Source: Woeseia sp.
GTDB lineage: Bacteria; Pseudomonadota; Gammaproteobacteria; Steroidobacterales; Woeseiaceae
DNA: 64,000 nucleotides
Reading direction: 5' to 3'
Assembly: GCA_040879925.1 (NCBI GenBank)
Contig: JBBDJJ010000050.1
Location: 42,221-106,220, forward strand
The notes under the pieces were generated by a model. The model was not told the DNA's origin. It was given only the letters and a program-made list of their open reading frames with translations, and made no database searches. The translations under genes were made by a program, and so were the position numbers. Of this stretch, positions 36,467 to 45,085 are shown piece by piece (position 1 is the first letter of the stretch; each line of letters opens with the position of its first letter).

Positions 36467-36501
36467 CCGCGTTACGGTAACCGCGTTACGGTAAGCGCGT
36501 T
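36467..36501. repeat. 14-bp tandem repeat x2.5 (CCGCGTTACGGTAA)
   Basis: Copies at 36467-36480 and 36481-36494, then a partial GCGCGTT. Each unit contains GTTACgGTAAC, a 5-bp-arm palindrome. Confidence 0.85.
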
Positions 36502-36517
36502 CAGCCTGGAGAGCCGT

Positions 36518-36889
36518 ATGAAATATCTGTGCCTTGCGTACGAAGAAGAAAAAGTGTTGAACGAGCTGACGCCCGCTGAATGGGCCGCGCTGCGGATCGA
36601 AACGCTCGACTGTGTCGAATCGTTACGCGATGCAGGTCAACTGATCGAGGCACGCCCGCTGCAGAGCGCAAGAACGGCCGCAACTGTGCGCTTGCGACAG
36701 GGAAAGCTGACAACGACCGATGGGCCGTTCGCCGAGACCCGCGAACAACTCGGTGGGTACTTTCTCATCGAAGCACGGGACATGAATGCCGCCATCCAGA
36801 TTGCGGCCAAATGGCCCTCGGCGCGCCTGGGAAGCATTGAGGTGCGGCCGGTGGAGGATGAACTTCGCACGGACAAGAGGTATGTCTGA
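36518..36889 (+). CDS. YciI-family (DGPF domain) protein
   Basis: MKYLCLAY...DGPFAETREQLGGYFLIEA...A...A. Confidence 0.75.
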   Translation: MKYLCLAYEEEKVLNELTPAEWAALRIETLDCVESLRDAGQLIEARPLQSARTAATVRLRQGKLTTTDGPFAETREQLGGYFLIEARDMNAAIQIAAKWPSARLGSIEVRPVEDELRTDKRYV

Positions 36890-37086
36890 CCGGATTTGTG
36901 CACAGGATGCCCTTAATGGCGCCTGCAGGGTGGCGCCGTTATGCGATCCTTTATGCGTGTAATGGTTATTATGTTAAATTACGCATATTGATACCGCGCT
37001 GCAGGGTCCCGCACAGGCATCCCGGCAGCCATCCCTTCCAGCGGCCTGCCAATCGTCTCCAGCGACGATTCCGGTATGCTTTCGTG

Positions 37087-37803
37087 ATGATCCTGCGACT
37101 GTTGCCCCTCGTTGTCGGCCTGCTGCCGTTGGTCACTGTTTTTACCTGCTACTGGATCGCAATCCACTATGCCGGTCTGCCGTCCTGCAATCCGTTCCTC
37201 GACGGATGCACGTCGATAAGTGCCACCGGACGCTACCCGCCGGCGAATTTCCTGTTCCGGGCCGCCATGCTGCCGCAGTCAATACTGCTTGCGGCCTACT
37301 GGCTGTTATGCCTCGCCTGGTTTCGCACCTTGCGTCGATCGCTGAAACATGACGCAAAGTCCGGAGCGGCTATCGCCTGGTTCGGCGTCATCGGTGCACT
37401 GTGCCTGATCCCGTACGTCACATTTCTGGGCACACAGGAGCCATTCTACGAATTCATGCGACGCTACGGCGTGTACCTGTACTTTCTGCTGAATGTCATT
37501 GCACAGGTAATTCTCGCCGTGCGAATTTTACCGGTGGCCCGTAAACTCCGGATGCAGCGGCTACTGAGGCTCACCCAGATACAGCTCACATTGTCCTGGA
37601 TTCCATTCGCGCTGGGTGCTCTGAATCTCATTCTGAAAGCCACGCTCGATGACAGCGATCCCGCCGAGAATCGGATCGAATGGATTTTCGCGCTATTAAT
37701 GCAATCCTATTTCGTTATCAGTTATTTTTCCTGGCGCGAGACAGGCTTTATGGCGTCATACAGCGTGGCGCTCAATGGCTATACAAATGACAGAAAGCGT
37801 TAA
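37087..37803 (+). CDS. integral membrane protein, unknown function
   Basis: About 6 hydrophobic segments starting at MILRLLPLVVGLLPLV. The upstream part of track ORF 36898..37803 looks non-coding. Confidence 0.45.
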   Translation: MILRLLPLVVGLLPLVTVFTCYWIAIHYAGLPSCNPFLDGCTSISATGRYPPANFLFRAAMLPQSILLAAYWLLCLAWFRTLRRSLKHDAKSGAAIAWFGVIGALCLIPYVTFLGTQEPFYEFMRRYGVYLYFLLNVIAQVILAVRILPVARKLRMQRLLRLTQIQLTLSWIPFALGALNLILKATLDDSDPAENRIEWIFALLMQSYFVISYFSWRETGFMASYSVALNGYTNDRKR

Positions 37804-37871
37804 GACCCTGCCGTTACGAGGCCGATCTGGCCGATACTCAGACCGGCCTCGCAATCGCCCACAGTTACCAA

Positions 37872-40025
37872 TCAGAAGTTATAGCGCACGCCGAGGTGCA
37901 AGGATCGCCCGGGCAATGGAACGGTGTCCTTCAATGGCGACGTGTGCTGCCGAGCGTCCTCATCCGTCAGATTTGATCCCCGAACGAAAAGAAACAAGCC
38001 ATGCTCTTCAAGCGCATATGACAAGTCTGCGCTCAGAAGCACATAGCGGTCAGTCGGCAATTCATTGACAGCGACCTTGTCCTGCTGGTCATGAAACGCT
38101 GCATCGATGCCGGCCGAAAACCGGTCGACGGTGTAATGCAACCCCAGACCGTAGCGCCAAGGTGGCACGCGTGGCAAATAGGCACCTGAGTCTGTTTCTT
38201 CCGCGAAAACAAAATCACTGAATACGCGTGCATGCATGTGTCCGTTCGCAGAATCGAATATCTCTACGCGGGACTCAACCTCAAAACCATAAAACTCAAC
38301 ATCCCTCTGTCCGTATTCGAACACCGGCAGTTCACCGTCCACCTCACCGGTCGGGGACAACAGGATGTAGTCGTTGACGTTGTTGATGAACCCGGTAATG
38401 GACCACTCCAGCAAATCATTACGGCCACGCAACGTCAGGTCCAGATTCGACGATAACTCCTTCTCCAGAAACCCGTCACCGAGAACTACAGAACCGCGTT
38501 CAAGGCGATTCACGGCGAGATGCGGGCCATCCGCGAACAGTTCAGTGGAATTGGGATGCCGTTGCGTCAATGCGTAGTTCATCGACAATGATAATTGGTT
38601 GGACATCGACCAGATCGCACCGATCGAGGCACCGTAGGCATTGTCCTGGTAACTCGGACCGACCGATGCATCGACGTCGATCGTCTGGCGTTCAATTCGC
38701 CCGCTCATCTGCAAAACCCAATCGTCACTCAGACCGTATTCCTCAAACGCGAATAAACTCCTGCGGCGCGTATCCGAAGGAGGAACAAAGGCCTCTTCAC
38801 CAATAGCGTCGAAATCAGTTCGCTGATACTGAAAGCCGAATGCGCCCTGAAGCGCGCCAACATCGGCGTGGCGCAATTCGATTCGCGCATCCGTGCCGCG
38901 AGTGTCGAAACGCGTGCCGATTTCCGAACCTTCCAGTTCCACGTGCTGGTAGTCGGTACTGGCGAGCTTCACTTTCACCAGGCTGATCGGCCCGGACAAA
39001 CTGTAGTCTCCGCGAAGGTCCAGTCGGCGTTGTTCGAGGTCGATACGAACTATCTCCTCCTCCTCATCATGCCCCCCCTCCTCTCCGGGTTCCTCTTCAT
39101 GTTCTTCCTCATGATGGTGCCCGTGTCCAGGAATGCCGTACTGGCTGTTGAACGTGCTGAGTGCGACGCCCAGGAAACCGCGATCCCCGGTGAACGACAA
39201 GCCAATGGCGCCGCCGTCGGACTTGCTGTCGGTGTTTTCGATTACGCCAAACGCTTCCTGGTCCTCGTGGTGCTCATCTTCATCGTGATCGTCGTCGTGA
39301 GCGTCGTCGAGATCGTCCTCCTCGAGCGAGCGAAGCAACGGCGATTCCGCGAAGCCGGGGATTTCAACATCGTCCGTATCGCGACGGAAATAATCCAGAT
39401 GCACAGCGATCAGGTCACTGCCAAACGCGACCTGCCCTGCTGCAGACTGTTCACCGGTCGCTGAACCGGTACCTAGCGACAGAGCGCCGGAGAATGGCTC
39501 GTCGAGGCTGCTTTCGACAATGCGCTTGTCAACGACATTGACGAGACCTCCGGCCGCCCCGCTCCCGTACAGAAGCGTCGCCGGGCCGCGCACGATCTCA
39601 ATTCGTTCGGCAAGAATGCCTTCAAGACTCACCTGGTGATCCTCACTCAATGCCGAAGCATCGAGGGCGTCCAACGCATTTGACAGAACCCGCACCCGCT
39701 CTCCGTATTGACCGCGAATAACCGGACGCGACGACACCGGCCCGAAATAAGAAGAGCTGACGCCGAGCTCTCCGGACACTGTTTCTCCGATGCTCGTCGA
39801 TTGCTTCATGGCCAGTTCTTCGCCACTCAATACCGAAGTAGGCTGCGCGAGCTGCTCGACGGTACGCGCCAACGGTGTCGCGGTAACGGTAATTTCCTCG
39901 ATCGGGTGGTGACTGTCCGGTGTTTCTGCCTGTTGCGCTGCAACGTTTGCACTGATCATTGTGATAGACGCGACGCAGAGCGCACGCATTGCAACGCTCC
40001 CGCACGGTCGAATTGTGTCGTTCAT
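37872..40025 (-). CDS. TonB-dependent outer-membrane receptor with His/Asp/Glu-rich inserts (metal-uptake type)
   Basis: Signal peptide (ASITMISANVAAQQ), plug domain (VSSRPVIRGQ), C-terminal ...LGVRYNF. Inserts DDLDDAHDDDHDEDEHHEDQE and GHGHHHEEEHEEEPGEEGGHDEEEE. Start taken at ATG 40025. Confidence 0.9.
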   Translation of the reverse strand: MNDTIRPCGSVAMRALCVASITMISANVAAQQAETPDSHHPIEEITVTATPLARTVEQLAQPTSVLSGEELAMKQSTSIGETVSGELGVSSSYFGPVSSRPVIRGQYGERVRVLSNALDALDASALSEDHQVSLEGILAERIEIVRGPATLLYGSGAAGGLVNVVDKRIVESSLDEPFSGALSLGTGSATGEQSAAGQVAFGSDLIAVHLDYFRRDTDDVEIPGFAESPLLRSLEEDDLDDAHDDDHDEDEHHEDQEAFGVIENTDSKSDGGAIGLSFTGDRGFLGVALSTFNSQYGIPGHGHHHEEEHEEEPGEEGGHDEEEEIVRIDLEQRRLDLRGDYSLSGPISLVKVKLASTDYQHVELEGSEIGTRFDTRGTDARIELRHADVGALQGAFGFQYQRTDFDAIGEEAFVPPSDTRRRSLFAFEEYGLSDDWVLQMSGRIERQTIDVDASVGPSYQDNAYGASIGAIWSMSNQLSLSMNYALTQRHPNSTELFADGPHLAVNRLERGSVVLGDGFLEKELSSNLDLTLRGRNDLLEWSITGFINNVNDYILLSPTGEVDGELPVFEYGQRDVEFYGFEVESRVEIFDSANGHMHARVFSDFVFAEETDSGAYLPRVPPWRYGLGLHYTVDRFSAGIDAAFHDQQDKVAVNELPTDRYVLLSADLSYALEEHGLFLFVRGSNLTDEDARQHTSPLKDTVPLPGRSLHLGVRYNF

Positions 40026-40113
40026 TATATTTGTCCAATCATCGTGTTCTGTGAAAAGCCGGACAGCAGGGTCCGGTTCGCTGGCGACCTGGGTCGCGAT
40101 TGACAGATCGTGA

Positions 40114-40398
40114 TTAGACGGGCGGCGGAGCCCTGGAACGGAAATTCGAGTGAGTTGCGGCGAACGGAGCGTGCGTCCTGAACCCTGCCGAGTCGCTCGC
40201 CGTCGGTGGAACCGCAGTTGCCACTGTGGAATCAGGAACGACGTGATCAAGCCGCTCCAGTTGCGTACAGACAGTACAGACGTCCGACAGCTCATCCGCA
40301 ACGTGCTCAAACTGGTGACTTGCGTAGCAGAACTGAACCCAGGCAAGCGCAATCAATACGCCATAGAGTGCGCGGCCACGCACGCTTCTTGCGTTCAC
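40114..40398 (-). CDS. small membrane-anchored Cys/His protein (DUF2946-like?)
   Basis: GTG start chosen within track ORF 40114..40506. One TM (ALYGVLIALAWVQF) followed by SHQFEH and CTVCTQLERLDH. Confidence 0.35.
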   Translation of the reverse strand: MNARSVRGRALYGVLIALAWVQFCYASHQFEHVADELSDVCTVCTQLERLDHVVPDSTVATAVPPTASDSAGFRTHAPFAATHSNFRSRAPPPV

Positions 40399-40531
40399 GA
40401 ACACCGGCTTCTCAATCCGGCTTCTCAATGGTGGGAGATTGCACGATCCGGGAAACACCCCAAGTATGTTATCGCGTCTGCTTTTGCTATTACTGATCAA
40501 TTTCAATTGCCGGCAGTCTGTTGCACGCCGC

Positions 40532-41719
40532 CTACTTTACAGCGAAAAGCGGATGTTCGCGATCACTTCGCGCGATGGCCGTACCGGAGCCGGGATCCGA
40601 CAGCGCCTCGTTGCGCAGCACCGACCGGTCCGTCAGCGATTCAAGAAAAGCCAGCAGATTCGACCGTTCTTCTTTGCTTAGTGCAAACCCTCGCAGGAAC
40701 TCGGATTTGTACGGATTGCGCGCGCCATCGCCGGCGTACGGTCCTTCAGCGATGTTGCGGCCGCCGCGAGCATAGTGATCGATGACCGATGGCAGGTCCT
40801 CGATACTGCCGTCGTGCATATACGGCGCCGTGATCGCAATGTTGCGCAAGGTTGGTGCCCTGAAGCGGCCCGTATCCCAACGGTCGCCAGTCAGCTCGCG
40901 GAGCCCCGCATTGCCCGCCGGGTATCCCCCCGCACCGTCAATGTTGTAAAGGCCGGTATTGTGAAAGCCTACGCTCTCGACCGCGGCATTTGCATGCGTG
41001 CTGCTGTCCGTAAAATTCAGGCCGCCGTGGCAATGAAAACATTCCAGGCGCTCGGAAAAGAACAGCTGCATGCCCGCCACCTGGCCGACAGTGAGGGCCA
41101 CGGTGTCGCCGCGCAGGTAGCGGTCGTACGCGGAATCGAATGACACGATTGTTCTGACGAACGCCGATATCGCGCGCACCGTGTTCAGGATCGAATACGG
41201 GTCTTCGTCGCCCGGAAACGCGCGCGGAAACGCAACACGATAGTCAGGATCGCTGCGTAGCAGCGCAGTTATTGTAGATTCCCGGCCGGACATGCCCATC
41301 TCGACCGGGTCTTCGCCGAACATCGGCGTAAGTGCCTGCGTCTCCAGACGGTCGAGCAGATGATTTGCCCAGGTGAGCCGGCTGGCGTAGGCGACGTTTA
41401 CCAGAGACATTGAACCGCGCGGATGCAGCTCGCCGGTTGCGCCGGCCGATCGGGCGAGGCCGTCGGTAAATGCCAGCTCCTGTCGATGGCAGGAGGCACA
41501 CGATGTAGCACCGTTGATGGACAAACGGCCGTCGTGAAAAAGCCGTCGGCCCAGGTCGACCTTGACGACACTCATCGGGTTGTCTGCCGGCACTACAGGC
41601 AGCGGCAAACCGTCGGGAAGCGACCAGCGAAACGGACGCTCATAAGTCGACAACACGATCAACAGGACCACGAGCAATATCAAAGCCGCTACGGCAACCC
41701 GGGTTTTGCTGACACTCAT
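40532..41719 (-). CDS. mbnH: di-heme cytochrome c peroxidase/MauG-family enzyme, MbnH-like
   Basis: Two CxxCH motifs (CASCH, CFHCH); N-terminal anchor; ATGA overlap with the upstream MbnP-like gene. Confidence 0.75.
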   Translation of the reverse strand: MSVSKTRVAVAALILLVVLLIVLSTYERPFRWSLPDGLPLPVVPADNPMSVVKVDLGRRLFHDGRLSINGATSCASCHRQELAFTDGLARSAGATGELHPRGSMSLVNVAYASRLTWANHLLDRLETQALTPMFGEDPVEMGMSGRESTITALLRSDPDYRVAFPRAFPGDEDPYSILNTVRAISAFVRTIVSFDSAYDRYLRGDTVALTVGQVAGMQLFFSERLECFHCHGGLNFTDSSTHANAAVESVGFHNTGLYNIDGAGGYPAGNAGLRELTGDRWDTGRFRAPTLRNIAITAPYMHDGSIEDLPSVIDHYARGGRNIAEGPYAGDGARNPYKSEFLRGFALSKEERSNLLAFLESLTDRSVLRNEALSDPGSGTAIARSDREHPLFAVK

Positions 41720-42561
41720 TCCAGCTTGGTCACGCGAATGAGGTCCGGAGTTCCAATTGCGTCGCCGCTCGCGAAATCCAGACCGAAGATCGCGAAGGGC
41801 CGTTCACAGCTCGCTTCGGTCGGGCCGGACGAACAATCGGCGGATATTCCATCGTGGAGCCCCGTGACGGCTGCCAATGGCGCTAAATCGATGACCACCA
41901 CAGTTTCTTCGGGGACGAACTCAGGCAGCGATATCTCGGGCCGGTTGGAGTGGCGGCAGCCCCCGGGGTCGCTTGCACTGCCTGAGCAGCGCGTGCTTCC
42001 CAAATGTAACCAGAAAGTGGCGCTTTCGTTGTCAATACCGGCGCGTGCAATTCCCGCACGGAGGAATTTGTAACCGGTCAGCCAATGCCAATGCATAGCG
42101 GTATGGTTCAGGGGTGCCAGTGCCTGCAGCGGGTCGGCGTGATTGAGTACCTCCGGCACACCAATGCGAAAGCGGAGGCCGGTATAGTTGCCCGCGGCGA
42201 CCCGCGCCTGCACGCCCGCATTGGTGGCGGCCGAGCCGTTTCGGCAGGTTCCGGTTCCGTCTTCAAAATCGAGCAGTGCAACCTGTCCGCCCTGCCAGGG
42301 CGGCCGGTCATCGAGCGTCAGCGCGACCTCCTCCCCGCTCGCCGACGTCAGGTGAAAATCGTAAACGAACAGCCGCATATCCGAGAGCCGCAGGTCGGCA
42401 GCGGCCATGGAACAGGAGATCGGCTCGGCCCCGAACTGCACGCTGAACGGAATTTCTATCGCTTGTTGCGGCGCGCCGCAGCTCGCCAGCGCCACACAAA
42501 CAGGAACGGTCAGCGCAGTAATTCGGGGAATCAGGCCGGGTCGGCTGCGTGTTCGTCGCAT
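41716..42561 (-). CDS. mbnP: MbnP-family (metallo-mystery pair) copper-binding lipoprotein
   Basis: Lipobox VALASC; HWHWLTGYKF (WxW) motif; several conserved-looking Cys pairs (RCSG...GGCRH, ADCSS...ASCER). Confidence 0.7.
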   Translation of the reverse strand: MRRTRSRPGLIPRITALTVPVCVALASCGAPQQAIEIPFSVQFGAEPISCSMAAADLRLSDMRLFVYDFHLTSASGEEVALTLDDRPPWQGGQVALLDFEDGTGTCRNGSAATNAGVQARVAAGNYTGLRFRIGVPEVLNHADPLQALAPLNHTAMHWHWLTGYKFLRAGIARAGIDNESATFWLHLGSTRCSGSASDPGGCRHSNRPEISLPEFVPEETVVVIDLAPLAAVTGLHDGISADCSSGPTEASCERPFAIFGLDFASGDAIGTPDLIRVTKLE

Positions 42562-42599
42562 GCGCTCAGGATGCCGCGCCGGAAGGCGCGAGGCAAGGC

Positions 42600-43112
42600 T
42601 CAGCCGCCGGCTCGAAAAGCTGGTAACTCCTCGTCTTCGTCCGGGGTCGTGTAATCCAGCATGCCCGTCGCCAGCATGTCGGTCGATGCCTGGGCAACGG
42701 ACAGTTCGGTTTCGACCTCGCGCAGTTTGATCTCTGAACGGACATTTTCGGTTGCCCGCTCCGTCAATTCGGCGCGCAACTCTCGGGTCTTGATAACGGA
42801 GTCCTTCAGGTCGTCGCGCAACTGCGTAATACTGTTGTCGAGCTCGGCCATCGCCTTGTCCCGTGTCTTGAGAGTCTGTCGGACCTCGGCCAGGTCTTTG
42901 CTACGCTCGTCGAGTTGCAGCTGCACTTTCTCGTTACGGGTTTGAGCGACCCGCAAATCGGCCTCCAGCGAACGTATACGATCGTCTCGCGGGTCCCGGG
43001 CTCGGGTACCGAATCGGGAGCCAAGATAGCTACTGACCTTCGCCACCAGCCAACCAGTGACGAAGGCACCCACCGTGATATACAGCAGCGCCTCTGGTGT
43101 CTCCACTGGCAT
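42600..43112 (-). CDS. membrane-anchored coiled-coil protein, unknown function
   Basis: Start at MPVETPE. One TM (LLYITVGAFVTGWLVAKV), then about 120 aa of heptad-like charged sequence. Confidence 0.45.
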   Translation of the reverse strand: MPVETPEALLYITVGAFVTGWLVAKVSSYLGSRFGTRARDPRDDRIRSLEADLRVAQTRNEKVQLQLDERSKDLAEVRQTLKTRDKAMAELDNSITQLRDDLKDSVIKTRELRAELTERATENVRSEIKLREVETELSVAQASTDMLATGMLDYTTPDEDEELPAFRAGG

Positions 43113-43347
43113 TAGCGAATCTCGCGGAAATTTAGTCCCATATAGAGTATGCGCTTTCGCAATCCAGAAAAGGACCGGAGTCTCAGTCCTCGGGTCGTCC
43201 TGTCCAGGCTGGCCCCGGCCGTCTGGCAAGCACTCCGTTGACGAAGATACTTTTTCATAAAATACAGACTAATACAGGTGGAATATCAAGCTTGTTGTCA
43301 CCCTGACTATCGACCTGGACGGCGACCCGATATGTGCCGGATCGCCG

Positions 43348-44325
43348 TTATGCGGCACCCGGCGCGCTGAGTGCGGCACGCGCACGGTCCGGAAAATCGG
43401 TGAAAAGCCCATCGATGCCGAGACCGGAGACGAACCAGTGCAGCATGCTTTCAAACGAGACGAAGCCGGGCATCAGGTCGTCCGCGCGAAACGTATAGGG
43501 GTGCACGGCCAGACCAGTCGACCGGGCAGCCGATACCAGACCCGTGGAAACCGGCTGTCCGTCAATCTCGGCAAGCGTGTAAAGCTGCCCCAGCCATGGG
43601 CCGACGCCGTCCGCGTAAGTGGCAATCTCCCGCAGTCCTGCCGGCGTTTTCAGCGCGTCGTAATCAGTCCCGGATTCATTCCAGCTGTTTTCCCCGATTA
43701 ATTGCACCAGTTTCAGCTCACAGCCCAATTGCTCGCGGACGCGCCGCAACTCGCTGGCGTCGAAACACTGCAGCCACGCCGCATCGCGGTTACTGCGGTA
43801 GCCATATTCAGCGAGGACATTCACCAGCAAAGCGGCCAGGTCTATCCCCTCCCCCCGATGCCAGGCCGGCCGTTTGACTTCCGGATAAATGCCGACCCGA
43901 CGGCCCGTTGACCGGTTCAGGCCCTGGATCATCTCCAACTCGTCGCGCAAGGAGGCGATGTGAAAGACGCCCAGGTCAGTCGGAAATCGCTGCGGATACA
44001 CCGCCTCTGTACCGCTGGCGTCCCGGCGCTCGTGTACATTGAGCAGCTTGAGTTCCGCAAGGTCGAAATCGATCGCATAAAAGCGCCCGTCCGAGCGCTT
44101 GCGCGCCGGAAATCGTTCGGCAACGTCAGTGACCCGGTCCAGGTGGATGTCATGCAGCACCACCAGCTCACCGTCGCGTGACGCGACGACATCCTGTTCC
44201 AGGCAATCAGCGCCCAACCCGTAAGCCAGCGCTTTCGCAGCAAGGGTGTGCTCCGGCAAGTAACCGGACGCGCCGCGATGGGCAATGATCAGCGGACCGT
44301 CAGAGCCGGCGGTCGAGTTCGACAC
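43348..44325 (-). CDS. glycerophosphodiester phosphodiesterase
   Basis: IIAHRGASGYLPEHT, LEQDV and HD motifs of the GDPD family. Confidence 0.85.
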   Translation of the reverse strand: MSNSTAGSDGPLIIAHRGASGYLPEHTLAAKALAYGLGADCLEQDVVASRDGELVVLHDIHLDRVTDVAERFPARKRSDGRFYAIDFDLAELKLLNVHERRDASGTEAVYPQRFPTDLGVFHIASLRDELEMIQGLNRSTGRRVGIYPEVKRPAWHRGEGIDLAALLVNVLAEYGYRSNRDAAWLQCFDASELRRVREQLGCELKLVQLIGENSWNESGTDYDALKTPAGLREIATYADGVGPWLGQLYTLAEIDGQPVSTGLVSAARSTGLAVHPYTFRADDLMPGFVSFESMLHWFVSGLGIDGLFTDFPDRARAALSAPGAA

Positions 44326-44430
44326 GGTGTGCCTCCGTTCGCAACAGCCAGGAGCCCCTGTTCAATCTCTATATTCCACTGTAAGAAATTAATATAACTG
44401 GTTGTTTTTATAAACTTTAATAGAACCAAT

Positions 44431-44880
44431 CTATGGGAAATCGATCACATCCCAACGCGCGGTATCTTCCAGGCGCGCCTGGCGACGGAGTGCATCGGCA
44501 ATCTCACGCGAGTTCCAGTCGATTACCTCGTTGACGCGTTTGACCATTTCCGGCGGTGACTCCTGCACACCACCAAAGGGCCGAATGCCGATCATGGGTT
44601 TCTCATTGGCATCTGCAACGTCCATCTGGAACCGCACCAGATCGGCCTTTTGTGCAAACGCGCTGGCCAGGACGACGATCGCTTCGGCCTCCTTGATCTG
44701 GTTGATTAACTCTTCCTTGATGGCGTCAATACCGCCGCTGGCGGGAATGTTTTCGGGCTTGCTGCAGTTGACGTAGAAAAACCGGTCCACACCTTCGAGA
44801 AACTCGAATACCCGCAAATAGTCGTCGTCCTCGGCAAACGTGTGGGTCACAAACACTCTTATCGGATTGTTTTCATACAC
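44431..44880 (-). CDS. TIR-like (DUF1863/MTH538-type) domain protein
   Basis: 149 aa. IRVFVTHTF..DDDY start, IKEAEAIVVLAS, and LVRFQMDVA...KPMIGIRP follow the strand/helix pattern of standalone TIR-like domains. Assignment from memory, tentative. Confidence 0.45.
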   Translation of the reverse strand: MYENNPIRVFVTHTFAEDDDYLRVFEFLEGVDRFFYVNCSKPENIPASGGIDAIKEELINQIKEAEAIVVLASAFAQKADLVRFQMDVADANEKPMIGIRPFGGVQESPPEMVKRVNEVIDWNSREIADALRRQARLEDTARWDVIDFP

Positions 44881-45085
44881 AGGATCGCCCGTCCACTGCC
44901 GTCATTGCTGTTGTTGCCGCCAAGTGTAGCGAATTGCGAGTTCTGCTGGCCAGCCGGCATTGTCGCTACCGGCATGGCACTGCGGCAGTTTCCACGGTCT
45001 GGTCCTTTCTGTATCGTAGGCTTGACGCTGGCAGCTGCGGCTCAGCGTTATTTCGTCACCCTATCGGGCAAAAACTTTCCGCACC

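Noticed and set aside
36898-37086. 63-codon N-terminal extension of the membrane protein ORF
   Set aside because: The extension is basic and non-hydrophobic with no signal-like features. The hydrophobic protein begins at MILRLLPLV (37087).
40026-40352. 109-codon N-terminal extension of the TonB-dependent receptor in the ORF track
   Set aside because: The extension is Arg/Ser/Thr-rich and overlaps the small upstream gene. A proper signal peptide begins right after the ATG at 40025.
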